From assembly GCA_949300485.1 (NCBI GenBank), contig CASGEL010000005.1:88453-152452 (forward strand): 64,000 nucleotides of DNA. Reading direction: 5' to 3'. The notes under the pieces were generated by a model. It was not told the origin of the DNA. It made no database searches and saw only the letters and a list, made by a program, of their open reading frames with translations. Positions 49,245 to 58,418 of the stretch are shown here, piece after piece. Numbering within the stretch: position 1 is the stretch's first letter; each line of letters starts with the position of its first letter. The translations under genes were made by a program, and so were the position numbers. This DNA is from an uncultured bacterium (GTDB lineage: Bacteria > Cyanobacteriota > Vampirovibrionia > Gastranaerophilales > Gastranaerophilaceae).

Positions 49245-50003
49245 ATGTCTAGAATTGATTTATTTAAACAGCATTTGGAAGAAAAACGTGCAGTAAAAAT
49301 TATTGCAGGTATTGATAATTTTGATATAGAAAATATTAAAAAGGTTGTTACATCTGCAGAAACAGCTAAAGCTTCTGCTGTAGATATTTGTGCAAGAGAA
49401 GATATAGTTAAAGAAATCAGATCAATGACTGAAATGCCTTTATTTGTTTCTTCTATTGTACCTTCAGAACTTGTTAAAGCTGTTGATCTTGGCGCAGACG
49501 CTATTGAATTAGGCAACTTTGATGTTCTATATAAAAAAGGAACTTCATTCTCTGCAAATGATGTTTTAGAATTGGTACAAGAAACAAAATCTTTATTAAG
49601 CGATAGGGAAGTGTTCTTCTCAGTTACAATTCCTGGAGAAATTTCTACTGCTGATCAGATTGCGTTGGCTGTTAAATTGGAATCTATGGGTATTGATTTA
49701 GTTCAAACAGAAGGTCATTATACTTCTGATATAGAATTATCAGGTGCTAGAGCATTGATGGATAGAGCTGAGTTAACAATTTCTAATACAATTGAACTTG
49801 TAAGAAATGTTGAAATTCCTGTAATGACAGCTACAGGAATCAATCCTACAACAGCTCCGTTTGCATTTGCTGCAGGCGCATCTGCTATTGGTTGCGGATC
49901 TTGCATAAATAAATTAAATTCTACAATTTCAATGATTGCTACAATTTCATCATTGGTTGAAATTGCAGCTAAAAATGCTGTTAAAGTTGCAGAATTAGTT
50001 TAA
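49245..50003 (+). CDS. DUF561 / Ycf23-like TIM-barrel protein
   Basis: RAVKIIAGIDNFDIENIKKVVTSAETAKASAVDICA resembles the Ycf23 family N-terminus. 252 aa. Confidence 0.5.
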   Translation: MSRIDLFKQHLEEKRAVKIIAGIDNFDIENIKKVVTSAETAKASAVDICAREDIVKEIRSMTEMPLFVSSIVPSELVKAVDLGADAIELGNFDVLYKKGTSFSANDVLELVQETKSLLSDREVFFSVTIPGEISTADQIALAVKLESMGIDLVQTEGHYTSDIELSGARALMDRAELTISNTIELVRNVEIPVMTATGINPTTAPFAFAAGASAIGCGSCINKLNSTISMIATISSLVEIAAKNAVKVAELV

Positions 50004-50024
50004 TTAAATTAAGTTTTAAGAAAA

Positions 50025-50058
50025 ATCGTCATATCAAAACAGATATGACGATTTTTTT
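50025..50058 (+). terminator. Rho-independent terminator
   Basis: atcgtcatatc aaaaca gatatgacgat, followed by tttttt. Confidence 0.85.
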
Positions 50059-50226
50059 ATGCATAAAAAAAAGACCTTGTTAATATCAAGGCCTATCCGT
50101 TTAAATAAGAAGAGAGAGCTTTATATATTTATATAAAGTATGGTGAATTTAAAAAATTGCTAAATTTGTAATAGTAAATTTACATATCTTAATATTTGAT
50201 TTATGAATTGTTTTTCGTCGTAGTTT

Positions 50227-50254
50227 TTGCTTAATTTTATGTTTGTGCTAGAAT
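50227..50254 (+). promoter_or_regulatory. Candidate promoter for the heptose kinase gene
   Basis: TTGCTT (50227-50232), 16-nt spacer, TGcTAGAAT (extended -10; TAGAAT at 50249-50254). Confidence 0.45.
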
Positions 50255-50286
50255 TTTTTTATAAATATTTTACGAGTGTTGGTATT

Positions 50287-51297
50287 ATGAATTTAGACAA
50301 AGAAAAACTAATATCTTGTATGAAAAAAATAAATACGCCGAAAGTTTTGATTGTTGGCGATTTGGCGTTGGATGAAATGATATACGGAGATGCCGAAAGA
50401 ATTTCAAGAGAAGCGCCGGTTCTTATTTTACAGCATACAAAAACAAAATTGATATTAGGCGGGGCATCCAATGCCGCTCATAACGTTGCAACTTTAAATG
50501 AAGGAAAAGTCGGTGTAATTGGTGTCTGCGGTGATGATTATTATTCTGAACTTTTATTGGATACTTTTAATGAGGCTAATATTGATTGTTCAAAAATAGT
50601 TAAAGATAAGGATAGAAAAACTATTGTCAAAACAAGAATATCAGGTTCAATTACTACGTCTATAACTCAGCAGATTGTGAGAGTTGATAGGCAGTCTAAG
50701 GGGCCTATATCTGTTGAAACAGAAAATAAAGTTATTAATAATATTAAAAATGTTTTACCTGAATATGATGCTGTCATATTATCAAATTATCATATCGGAA
50801 CTTTAACTGATAATGTTATTAACTATACCATAGATTATGCAAATAAATTAGGAAAAGTTGTAGTTGTTGATGCTCAAAAAGATTTGGATTTATATAAAAA
50901 TGTGACATCTATGACTCCGAATTTGCCTGATACGGAAAAATCTGTAGGGTTTAAAATTGAAAATGAAGAAGATTTAAAATGTGCAGGTTCAACCTTGTTG
51001 ACAAAGACTAATGCAAAATCAGTATTAATAACTTGCGGTGCTGATGGTATGTTTTTGACCAAGCCAAATAATGATTTTACTAAAATTCCGGTATTTAATA
51101 AATCCGAAGTTTTTGATGTTACAGGTGCTGGGGATACAGTAACTGCCGTTTATTCATTAGCATTAGCAGCTGGCATTGATCCGGTATATTCTGCAGTCAT
51201 AGGTAATATCGCGGCAAGTCTTGTTGTTAAACAGTTCGGTTGTGCTACTACAACGGTTGAAGAATTGATTTCTGCTGTTGCTGATTTGAAGTTTTAA
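50287..51297 (+). CDS. D-glycero-beta-D-manno-heptose-7-phosphate kinase (RfaE/HldE domain I only; PfkB family)
   Basis: Start set at M21 of the track ORF. VLIVGDLALDEMIYGDAERISREAPV and DVTGAGDTV. Confidence 0.8.
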   Translation: MNLDKEKLISCMKKINTPKVLIVGDLALDEMIYGDAERISREAPVLILQHTKTKLILGGASNAAHNVATLNEGKVGVIGVCGDDYYSELLLDTFNEANIDCSKIVKDKDRKTIVKTRISGSITTSITQQIVRVDRQSKGPISVETENKVINNIKNVLPEYDAVILSNYHIGTLTDNVINYTIDYANKLGKVVVVDAQKDLDLYKNVTSMTPNLPDTEKSVGFKIENEEDLKCAGSTLLTKTNAKSVLITCGADGMFLTKPNNDFTKIPVFNKSEVFDVTGAGDTVTAVYSLALAAGIDPVYSAVIGNIAASLVVKQFGCATTTVEELISAVADLKF

Positions 51298-51313
51298 TTT
51301 AAGGAGAAATTTT

Positions 51314-51883
51314 ATGGATAATTTAAAAGAACTTATAAAAAAAATCAGAATTGTTGATTTTATTATAGTTGCTTGTGTTATTATTGCTCTTGGTGTGGGT
51401 TTTGTTACTTATAAAGGTTACAGACAAACTGCAGATAAGCAGATTGAAGCAACTTCTGATATTGTATTCAAGGTATATCTCAGAGGGGTAACTTATTCCG
51501 GTGATGATTTGCCGATTAAAAAAGGCGAAAAAACATTTATCAGTATAAGGAATGTTCCTTATTCTGATTTGCAAATTTTAGATGTAAAGGCTGATAGAAG
51601 AAAAATTGTTTTACCAACATTAAATTCTAAAAAGGTTGTTATTGTGGTTGAAGATGTTTCTCAGCCAGATTTGTATGACGTGGTTGTAACTTTAACGGAT
51701 AAAGCTAAAATTACAAAGGACGGAGCTGTTGTAGGCGGTAATAAGGTTAAATTAGGTTTGCCTATTACACTTGAAGGTTCCAATTATAAATTTACAGGGT
51801 CTGTATCTGATATAAAAGTTGTAGATGCAGTTGTTGATGAAGCTTTAGATAAAGATATGAATACTACTGATGATGTTCAATAG
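51314..51883 (+). CDS. Membrane-anchored hypothetical protein (possibly DUF4330-like)
   Basis: AAGGAG RBS. Single N-terminal TM (VDFIIVACVIIALGVGFV). Beta-rich remainder. Confidence 0.6.
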   Translation: MDNLKELIKKIRIVDFIIVACVIIALGVGFVTYKGYRQTADKQIEATSDIVFKVYLRGVTYSGDDLPIKKGEKTFISIRNVPYSDLQILDVKADRRKIVLPTLNSKKVVIVVEDVSQPDLYDVVVTLTDKAKITKDGAVVGGNKVKLGLPITLEGSNYKFTGSVSDIKVVDAVVDEALDKDMNTTDDVQ

Positions 51884-53213
51884 AATTTTTAAATTTTCCC
51901 AAAATAAGTTAAATTATTTATATGAAAATAGTTTGTTTTTACAAAATATTGACTGGTTTATCCTGCCATTTATTTTGTTGACCTTTATAGCATCAACAGT
52001 AATGAATTCGGATGCTATCGGATTCTTTGCATTGATAGTAATGTTTTTAACGGTTGTTAAGATGCTTACAAAACCAGGTGAATTGATTAGTTTGAGGCAT
52101 TTTGAAGTCTGGATTGTTGCATATTTTATGATTGTTGTTATAAGTTTATTCGGTTCAACTTTATTTACCCTTAGTTTAAAAGGCTTTTTCAAGACATTTG
52201 TATATGTTGGTTTTTATTTTTCTGTTGCTCAGTATTTAAAAAACAATAAGGATAAAATAGTTTGGCTTTTGGCAGTCATTGGCTTATGTGTGGCAGGTGA
52301 ATCCGTAGTCGGATTTTTGCAAAGCTTTTTACATTTAGATGCGATTTCAACCTGGCAGGATACTTCTCATTTAAATCCTGAAGATGTCCTATCCAGAGTA
52401 TACGGAACCTTGAAACCTCTTAACCCAAATCTTTTCGGAGGTTATTTGGTTTGCGGTTTTCCTGTAATTTTAGGATCTGTATTTTATTTTGTTAATAAGA
52501 AGTATTTTAAATGTGCAATTGCAGCATTATTATTTACTCTTTGGGGGATATATACAATATTCCAAACCGGTTGCAGGGGTGCGTATTTGGCTTTGATGTT
52601 AATTTTTGGCTGTACATTTTTACTTTCTGCAAAATTTTTCTGGAAAACTTATAAAAAATTATATATTTCACTTATAGCTGCGGTATTTGCTTTGTTTATA
52701 GGTGCATTAACTTTTGTTAGTTCTTTAAGGCACAGGTTTTTATCTATTTTTGCTATGAGGAACGATTCTTCCAATTCGTTCAGATTTAATGTGTATCATT
52801 CTTCTATTGAAATGTTTAAGGATAATTGGCTGTTAGGAATTGGTGTTGGTAATAAAAATTTCAGAGAAATATATGGTTTGTATATGAAAACTGGTTTTGA
52901 TGCATTGAGTGCTTATAATATTTATCTTGAAACAGCTGTTGAAAGTGGTATTTTTGCATTAATTGCATTTTTAGGTTTTTTAATTACCGTATCTATTGAT
53001 GCTGTTAGATATATTATGCACTCAAATAACAAAGATTATATAATCTTTGTCGCAATATCAATAATTTCGGTTTGGGCTGTAATGTTTCATGGTTTGGTAG
53101 ATACAATTTATTTCAGACCGCAGCTTCAATTTATGTTTTGGACATTTATTGCAATAATAGCAACAGTGCTAACAGAAAATAATTCTAGCAATAAAAACCA
53201 GGTCGATGAGTAG
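51870..53213 (+). CDS. O-antigen ligase (Wzy_C) family polytopic membrane protein
   Basis: About 10 TM segments. QTGCRGAYLALMLIFG segment and a large loop typical of the WaaL/O-antigen polymerase family. Confidence 0.65.
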   Translation: MMFNRIFKFSQNKLNYLYENSLFLQNIDWFILPFILLTFIASTVMNSDAIGFFALIVMFLTVVKMLTKPGELISLRHFEVWIVAYFMIVVISLFGSTLFTLSLKGFFKTFVYVGFYFSVAQYLKNNKDKIVWLLAVIGLCVAGESVVGFLQSFLHLDAISTWQDTSHLNPEDVLSRVYGTLKPLNPNLFGGYLVCGFPVILGSVFYFVNKKYFKCAIAALLFTLWGIYTIFQTGCRGAYLALMLIFGCTFLLSAKFFWKTYKKLYISLIAAVFALFIGALTFVSSLRHRFLSIFAMRNDSSNSFRFNVYHSSIEMFKDNWLLGIGVGNKNFREIYGLYMKTGFDALSAYNIYLETAVESGIFALIAFLGFLITVSIDAVRYIMHSNNKDYIIFVAISIISVWAVMFHGLVDTIYFRPQLQFMFWTFIAIIATVLTENNSSNKNQVDE

Positions 53214-53634
53214 TAGTTGATGATATGGATATGCTACCTCCAAATGGCATATAAGGCATCATTCCGAAGCCTCCAAAACCCATACCCATACTGCCCCAGA
53301 AACCCATTGGTGGAGGACAGAACATATAGCTTGGGCAATTAAAGAACATCCAAGGAGAGCAGGCTCCCATTAATCCCAGAGTCCCAACTGTATTAGATAC
53401 AGGATTTCCGTATCCTGCATACATATTTATTGTGTTACCTACGGGGTTTCCGAATTTTTGCATTTCATATGCAACTTCGTTTCTGGCCATTCCGTTCATA
53501 AGGTTACCGATTAAGTTTCCGCCAGCATATGCACCTGAAACCCCCATACTTTTTTGTTGCAAAAAGGTTACGGCTGAAGCCAGTCCGCAATTTATATTGC
53601 TTAAAACTCTCATGTTCTCGGCGTAACCCATCAT
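53185..53634 (-). CDS. Gly/Met/Pro/Phe-rich low-complexity hypothetical protein
   Basis: AAGGAGA RBS. C-terminal part PPPMGFWGSMGMGFGGFGMMPYMPFGG. 3' end overlaps the convergent ligase gene by 29 nt. Confidence 0.5.
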   Translation of the reverse strand: MMGYAENMRVLSNINCGLASAVTFLQQKSMGVSGAYAGGNLIGNLMNGMARNEVAYEMQKFGNPVGNTINMYAGYGNPVSNTVGTLGLMGACSPWMFFNCPSYMFCPPPMGFWGSMGMGFGGFGMMPYMPFGGSISISSTTTHRPGFYC

Positions 53635-53836
53635 GTCTCCTTGTGTTAGTAATATTATTTATATAAAGTTTTTTTTGTGTAAAAAATTGACATAAATTTT
53701 ATATATTATTAAGATATATTAAGTATATATTTTTTATATTAGCAATTAAGACTATAATTTTTTATACATTACGGCGATTATTTTAAATTAAACTATCGGT
53801 ACAATTCATATATAAAGACTTAGTGGAGTAAATTTT

Positions 53837-54145
53837 ATGTTTATTGGAAATAGTTGTAATGATTGTAGCAGATATAATCGCTTGGAAATGAAAAATATTG
53901 ACCAAAATATTTTACCATGGCTTGAAGATATTATTGAAGAAAATAACAGCCGTATAGAACGAAAAGAATGGAAAAGTAAGTATAACAGCTATGTTGTATA
54001 TGATTATGAACCTTTCTGTACTGAAGGTTTTGAAATCAATTTGGTGATAACATCCAAGGAGATTTCCTATCTGAATTTTATTAAATATCTTTATGATGAA
54101 AAGGTTAGTACAATTGAATATTTAAATAATTGTGTTGCCATATGA
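53837..54145 (+). CDS. Hypothetical protein
   Basis: 102-aa ORF with a GGAG RBS. No motif recognised. Confidence 0.5.
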   Translation: MFIGNSCNDCSRYNRLEMKNIDQNILPWLEDIIEENNSRIERKEWKSKYNSYVVYDYEPFCTEGFEINLVITSKEISYLNFIKYLYDEKVSTIEYLNNCVAI

Positions 54146-54154
54146 TAGCAAAAA

Positions 54155-54180
54155 AGAGGAAGTGAAATTTCACTTCCTCT
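54155..54180. terminator. Hairpin between convergent genes (U-run on the minus-strand transcript)
   Basis: agaggaagtgaaa / tttcacttcctct perfect palindrome. A-run on the left flank. Confidence 0.7.
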
Positions 54181-54219
54181 GCCTAAATTATAATTTAAAA
54201 TTTATATAAAACTTATTAA

Positions 54220-54495
54220 TTATTCTTCAGGTTGTTTTTGAAAACATTCTTTGCAGAATACTTCTTTTCCCGGAATTGGTTTAAAAGGTACTTGAGTTTG
54301 TGCGCCGCATTTAGAACATACAGCATCATACATTCTTCTTTTTTTTCTGTTGTTTTTTCTGCGGATAGTTCGGCATTCAGGGCATCTTTTAGGTTTGTTT
54401 ACTAATCCTTTTTCTGCATAGAATTCTTGTTCCCCTGCAGTGAAGACAAATTCTTTGCCACAGTCTTCACATACTAATTTTTCATCTTCGTACAT
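54220..54495 (-). CDS. CxxC-x17-CxxC zinc-ribbon domain protein
   Basis: Two units: CEDCGKEFVFTAGEQEFYAEKGLVNKPKRCPEC and CSKCGAQTQVPFKPIPGKEVFCKEC. AGGAGA RBS. Confidence 0.8.
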   Translation of the reverse strand: MYEDEKLVCEDCGKEFVFTAGEQEFYAEKGLVNKPKRCPECRTIRRKNNRKKRRMYDAVCSKCGAQTQVPFKPIPGKEVFCKECFQKQPEE

Positions 54496-54594
54496 TGTTT
54501 TTCTCCTGATTGTGTACTTTGGGTTTTAACAACCCGACGGTTGTATCCTTTAATTGTACACTATTTTTTAGAATTTGCAAGTATGGATATATTT

Positions 54595-56007
54595 TTATGA
54601 TTCGAAGCGTGAAGAGTGCCTTAAAACTTTTCTATTTTCAATTATGTGACCGTTTTTATCTATATATTGTTCTTTATGGTTATTATCGGCGTGCCCACAT
54701 TTTTTCAATTTTTTAGCCGTTTGTTTTATGCTTGATTGCTCTGCTTTTTCTTTTATTTCAGGGATTTTTTGTTCAAAATTATCTAAATCGATTTTTATTT
54801 TAGATGATCGTAATTCAAATTCCTTTTTAAGTACAAGAATATAGTCAGACAAGGTGGAGGCATCTTTTAACCTTCCGTATTTTGTCCATTTTTCAGCTAT
54901 ATAAATAAGTTTGTTAATTTGTTTTTGTATGTATTGCGGAATATTTGGATCTTGGGTAGTTATAAAATCATCAATCGGAGTGTCTGATTTAAGTTCATTC
55001 AGTCTTTTGGATGTCAGTATGCTTACTTTGTATCGGCTTAGATTTTCTGCTGTTTTGTCTCCATTTTGTCTTGCTTTTTCTTCAGCTCGAAAAGCTTTTT
55101 GCGGGTGAATGTGATCATCCGTTCCTACAGACGGTATAAGTAGCCTTAATCCTATTTCTTCAGAGTCTCTTGGAATTTTAACGATTTCGCCTTTTGCATT
55201 ATGAACAACTTTGTATGGCTGAGAGTATTTTACAATAAAAGCATGTGCAGAATCTGATGATTGCGGTAATTTGGCTGCAACATCAAGCATTTTTTGTTTT
55301 ATTTTATTGTTTGATATTTGAATACCCCTTAAAGCAATGATAAATTCCTTTCTTCCGAAACGATCTTCAGGCAGAGGGTCTGTAGTAAATATTTTGTTAT
55401 ATGAATTTTGGATAAGTTTTCTGATTTCCAGAAATTCTTTTTTAGGTAAAACTTTACTTATTTGGCTTATTTTATTTAAGACTTTACTTTGGTGATTTAT
55501 TAATGATTGTTCTGCATTTGGGTATTTTAACCGAATAAGTTCTTGAAGAGTTAAATCGGGATTTTTTTTAGATAAAGTTTCAAGTAAGGCAAATACTTCT
55601 TTTTCTATCGGAAACATATTATCACGATACTCTTTAAGATATTTTATTGCAATGGAACTCTTTTTGTTTAGAACTTTCAAATCTTTTAATAAGTTGATAT
55701 CTTCTGATGTGATTAGTTCTTTGTCAGAATACGCATCAGGGATACCTTCTCTTAAAAGTTTTTTAAAAAATAATTTTGTAAATTTTTGTTCAAAAGTATT
55801 GCTAATATTAGCAATACCGCCTAGAAAACTAACGTTTCTGTGCGGTATTTGACTATTTAAACTGGTTTTTTGTGTCGTTTTGGTAAATGTGTCATGATTT
55901 AAAGGCCTTAAATTATATATTGCACTTTGTTTTGTGTAATATCTGTTGCTATTGTTTATGTTATAATACTGATTTGTATTATATTGTTGAATTTTTGAAA
56001 TTAGCAT
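54595..56007 (-). CDS. Hypothetical protein with the recurrent N-terminal module and a Cas9-type HNH nuclease motif
   Basis: MLISKIQQYN...NVSFLGG (aa 1-64). GTDDHIHPQKAF...YKVSILTSKRLNELKSDTP (aa 295-343; compare DVDHIVPQSF...NKVLTRSDKNRGKSDNVP). Confidence 0.5.
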   Translation of the reverse strand: MLISKIQQYNTNQYYNINNSNRYYTKQSAIYNLRPLNHDTFTKTTQKTSLNSQIPHRNVSFLGGIANISNTFEQKFTKLFFKKLLREGIPDAYSDKELITSEDINLLKDLKVLNKKSSIAIKYLKEYRDNMFPIEKEVFALLETLSKKNPDLTLQELIRLKYPNAEQSLINHQSKVLNKISQISKVLPKKEFLEIRKLIQNSYNKIFTTDPLPEDRFGRKEFIIALRGIQISNNKIKQKMLDVAAKLPQSSDSAHAFIVKYSQPYKVVHNAKGEIVKIPRDSEEIGLRLLIPSVGTDDHIHPQKAFRAEEKARQNGDKTAENLSRYKVSILTSKRLNELKSDTPIDDFITTQDPNIPQYIQKQINKLIYIAEKWTKYGRLKDASTLSDYILVLKKEFELRSSKIKIDLDNFEQKIPEIKEKAEQSSIKQTAKKLKKCGHADNNHKEQYIDKNGHIIENRKVLRHSSRFES

Positions 56008-56064
56008 ATTGTTTTAATGTTTATGAATATTATTTTTGTTAGTTATTTAACAAAAATTTACTCA

Positions 56065-56706
56065 TTATATTGATTTTTCTAAATTTACCCCATGTACTCC
56101 AGGTGGTTGAATATATAAAGGTTTCAATTCTTGCCATTTTGTTGATGTTTGTTTTAATTTATCATAAGTCAATTTAGCAAGTATTTCTCCTAATTGATAT
56201 TCTCCTTGTTGGTATGATATTCCACCTAATTCTTTTTGTAGTTTGTCATCTGTTATTAAATAATAATTTTCTTTTGATAGCAAATTCTTAACATTTTCTA
56301 ATTTAACAGCCCCTTTAATTGTATTGTCAAGATATAGGTAAGCACTGTCTTTTCTGGCATCTAATGCTACTACTGTTTTTTGGTTTGTATTGTTAAGATG
56401 TGATAATATTTCAAGAGAGGAAATTCCTATTGCCTGAATATCTAGCTGCTGTGCAATCATTCTTGCTACAGTTGTGCAGGCTCTGATTCCAGTAAAACTT
56501 CCAGGACCTATGTTTGTTCCGATTGCATCTAACTCTTTGGGTGTTAAGTTATTTTCTTTAAGCATTTCTTTTATTGTTGAGATTAAAAATGCTGAATGAT
56601 ATTTATTATCTCTATTGGTTACTACCTTTGAAGATAAGATTTTGTTATCTTCAGCCAAAGTTACGTACATTTTATCTAAACATGTATCAAATACTAATAT
56701 TTTCAC
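56065..56706 (-). CDS. tsaB: tRNA t6A37 biosynthesis protein TsaB
   Basis: MKILVFDTC and GPGSFTGIRACTTVARMIAQ. Confidence 0.9.
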   Translation of the reverse strand: MKILVFDTCLDKMYVTLAEDNKILSSKVVTNRDNKYHSAFLISTIKEMLKENNLTPKELDAIGTNIGPGSFTGIRACTTVARMIAQQLDIQAIGISSLEILSHLNNTNQKTVVALDARKDSAYLYLDNTIKGAVKLENVKNLLSKENYYLITDDKLQKELGGISYQQGEYQLGEILAKLTYDKLKQTSTKWQELKPLYIQPPGVHGVNLEKSI

Positions 56707-57176
56707 TGTTCTAATCCTTTTACAATTTCAATACATTCTTTTCCAAAGCCTTCAAATGAATATTTCCTGTAATCATTATCTTCGTATGTAACGTTGATTT
56801 TTATATGATTAAAAGGAATTTCATTTTGTGAAAATTCGGCCCATTCTACAAAAGTTATCTGTCTGCCTTCTGAATATTCTCTCAACTCATCCGTAATTGT
56901 TTTAACTCCTTCATTTTCCAATCTGTATAAATCAAAATGGTAAACCGGAATTTTTGCGCTATGATATTCATTTAGTATAACAAAGCTTGGGCTTGTAACT
57001 TTTTCTGTTACCCCGATTGCTTCTGCTACAAGTTTTACAAAGGCAGTTTTTCCTGCGCCTATTTCGCCATATAGATTTATGAAGCAACCGCTATTTTCGA
57101 TAAGCTTTGCAAATTTATAGGCTAAATTTTTTGTATCATCTAAATTTTTACATATTACTTCGTATTTTTTATCCAT
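56703..57176 (-). CDS. tsaE: tRNA t6A37 biosynthesis ATPase TsaE
   Basis: LYGEIGAGKTAFVK, TSPSFVILNEY, HFDLYRL. Confidence 0.9.
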   Translation of the reverse strand: MDKKYEVICKNLDDTKNLAYKFAKLIENSGCFINLYGEIGAGKTAFVKLVAEAIGVTEKVTSPSFVILNEYHSAKIPVYHFDLYRLENEGVKTITDELREYSEGRQITFVEWAEFSQNEIPFNHIKINVTYEDNDYRKYSFEGFGKECIEIVKGLEQ

Positions 57177-58416
57177 TATGTATCACTACCTTATTTCTTC
57201 CTGTATTTTTTGCTTGATAGAGGGCTTTATCTGCTTTTTTTAGCAAATCTTCTCCATTGTCATTTTGTGTCATTTCATATATACCAAGGCTCAGAGTCAC
57301 TTTAATTTTTTTTGTGTCACTGTCCGGATTTACTTTTGATATATCGATTTCATTGTTTTCAATAAGTTTTCTAAGACGTTCTGCGACTCTTTGAGCCTCT
57401 TCTATTTTTGTAAATGGCAGTAATATAGAAAACTCTTCTCCGCCGTAACGGCCTGCAATATCATATTCACGAAGTTGTCCTCGAATTATTTTTGCTATTG
57501 TTTTTAAAACCAGGTCTCCAACAGCGTGTCCATAAGTATCATTTACACCTTTGAAAAAATCTATATCAGTCATAATCCCGCAAAGCGGTGAGTTCTGACG
57601 TTTTGCATTTGAAACTTCTTGTTTTAAACGATCTTCAAGTTGCCTTCTGTTATAAAAACCCGTTAAAGCATCCAAAGTTGCGTGTTTTAATATTTCAGCA
57701 TAAACATTTGCCCGGTGTATTGTTGTTGCAATTTGAACAGATAATTGAATTAAATAATCAGTGTCTTTTGGGGTAATTTCTTTATTGGTACTTTTTGCAA
57801 CAAGTACTCCAACTTCTCGCCCTTCACTTTTTAGAGGAAGTGCCAGAGTCTTTTTGTCAGGAGTGAATACCGGTGTTTCAATACGTGAAACTATATCTAA
57901 AATATTTGTATCATTGCAGGCTGATGGCCAAGCCAAGGTATTACCTTGAGTATTTTCGTCTTTTAGAAAGATGTAGATCAAGCAATCTGCGAAGAATTTG
58001 TCTAGCATTTCTCCAATGATCGGTATTACATAATTAAGCTCATATTGAGTTTCTATAATCTTAGCAATATTTTTCATTGTTTCATGAAAATTAATGTTTT
58101 TTTGCATTTTATCGCTTAAAATGAGATTTTGAATTTTTAAGGATATAAAAGGCGCTGTGTATTTTAAAAATTCATCTAAATCTTCTGTTTCATTTGAAAA
58201 ACTCAAATAACCTATATTTTTCTTATGTTTAAATATAGGATAGTTAAAATTATTAGAATCTATTTTATTTAAATTATCTTCGTCGTTTTCAGTGTAAATA
58301 GAAAAAGTTTTTATATTAAAATTTTTTTCAAAAAAAGTTCCCAAAGAGTTAATCAGCGATTTTTCACTGTAACTTTCATTAAGAACTTTTGAAAGCTTTT
58401 CTATTTTTTCTAACAA
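57169..58416 (-). CDS. GAF-like sensor diguanylate cyclase (GGDEF) with an intact I-site
   Basis: LTGFYNRR, DIDFFKGVNDTYGH, REYDIAGRYGGEEF (RxxD five residues before GGEEF). Confidence 0.9.
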   Translation of the reverse strand: MLEKIEKLSKVLNESYSEKSLINSLGTFFEKNFNIKTFSIYTENDEDNLNKIDSNNFNYPIFKHKKNIGYLSFSNETEDLDEFLKYTAPFISLKIQNLILSDKMQKNINFHETMKNIAKIIETQYELNYVIPIIGEMLDKFFADCLIYIFLKDENTQGNTLAWPSACNDTNILDIVSRIETPVFTPDKKTLALPLKSEGREVGVLVAKSTNKEITPKDTDYLIQLSVQIATTIHRANVYAEILKHATLDALTGFYNRRQLEDRLKQEVSNAKRQNSPLCGIMTDIDFFKGVNDTYGHAVGDLVLKTIAKIIRGQLREYDIAGRYGGEEFSILLPFTKIEEAQRVAERLRKLIENNEIDISKVNPDSDTKKIKVTLSLGIYEMTQNDNGEDLLKKADKALYQAKNTGRNKVVIHNG

Positions 58417-58418
58417 AT

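Noticed and set aside
49214-49516. 100-aa minus-strand ORF overlapping the start of the DUF561 gene. Also 10180-10464, 19951-20256, 30362-30670 and 44670-44927.
   Set aside because: Each is the antisense frame of a better-supported CDS that has an RBS and/or a promoter. No independent signals.
50119-50138. AT-rich hairpin ctttatat/atataaag in the 283-bp spacer before the heptose kinase gene.
   Set aside because: Very low-complexity AT palindrome that is expected by chance in this composition. No supporting flanking signal.
54595-56007. HNH-motif protein as a degraded Cas9 or CRISPR remnant.
   Set aside because: No RuvC motifs, no other cas genes and no direct-repeat array anywhere in the window. 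Only the HNH signature is shared.
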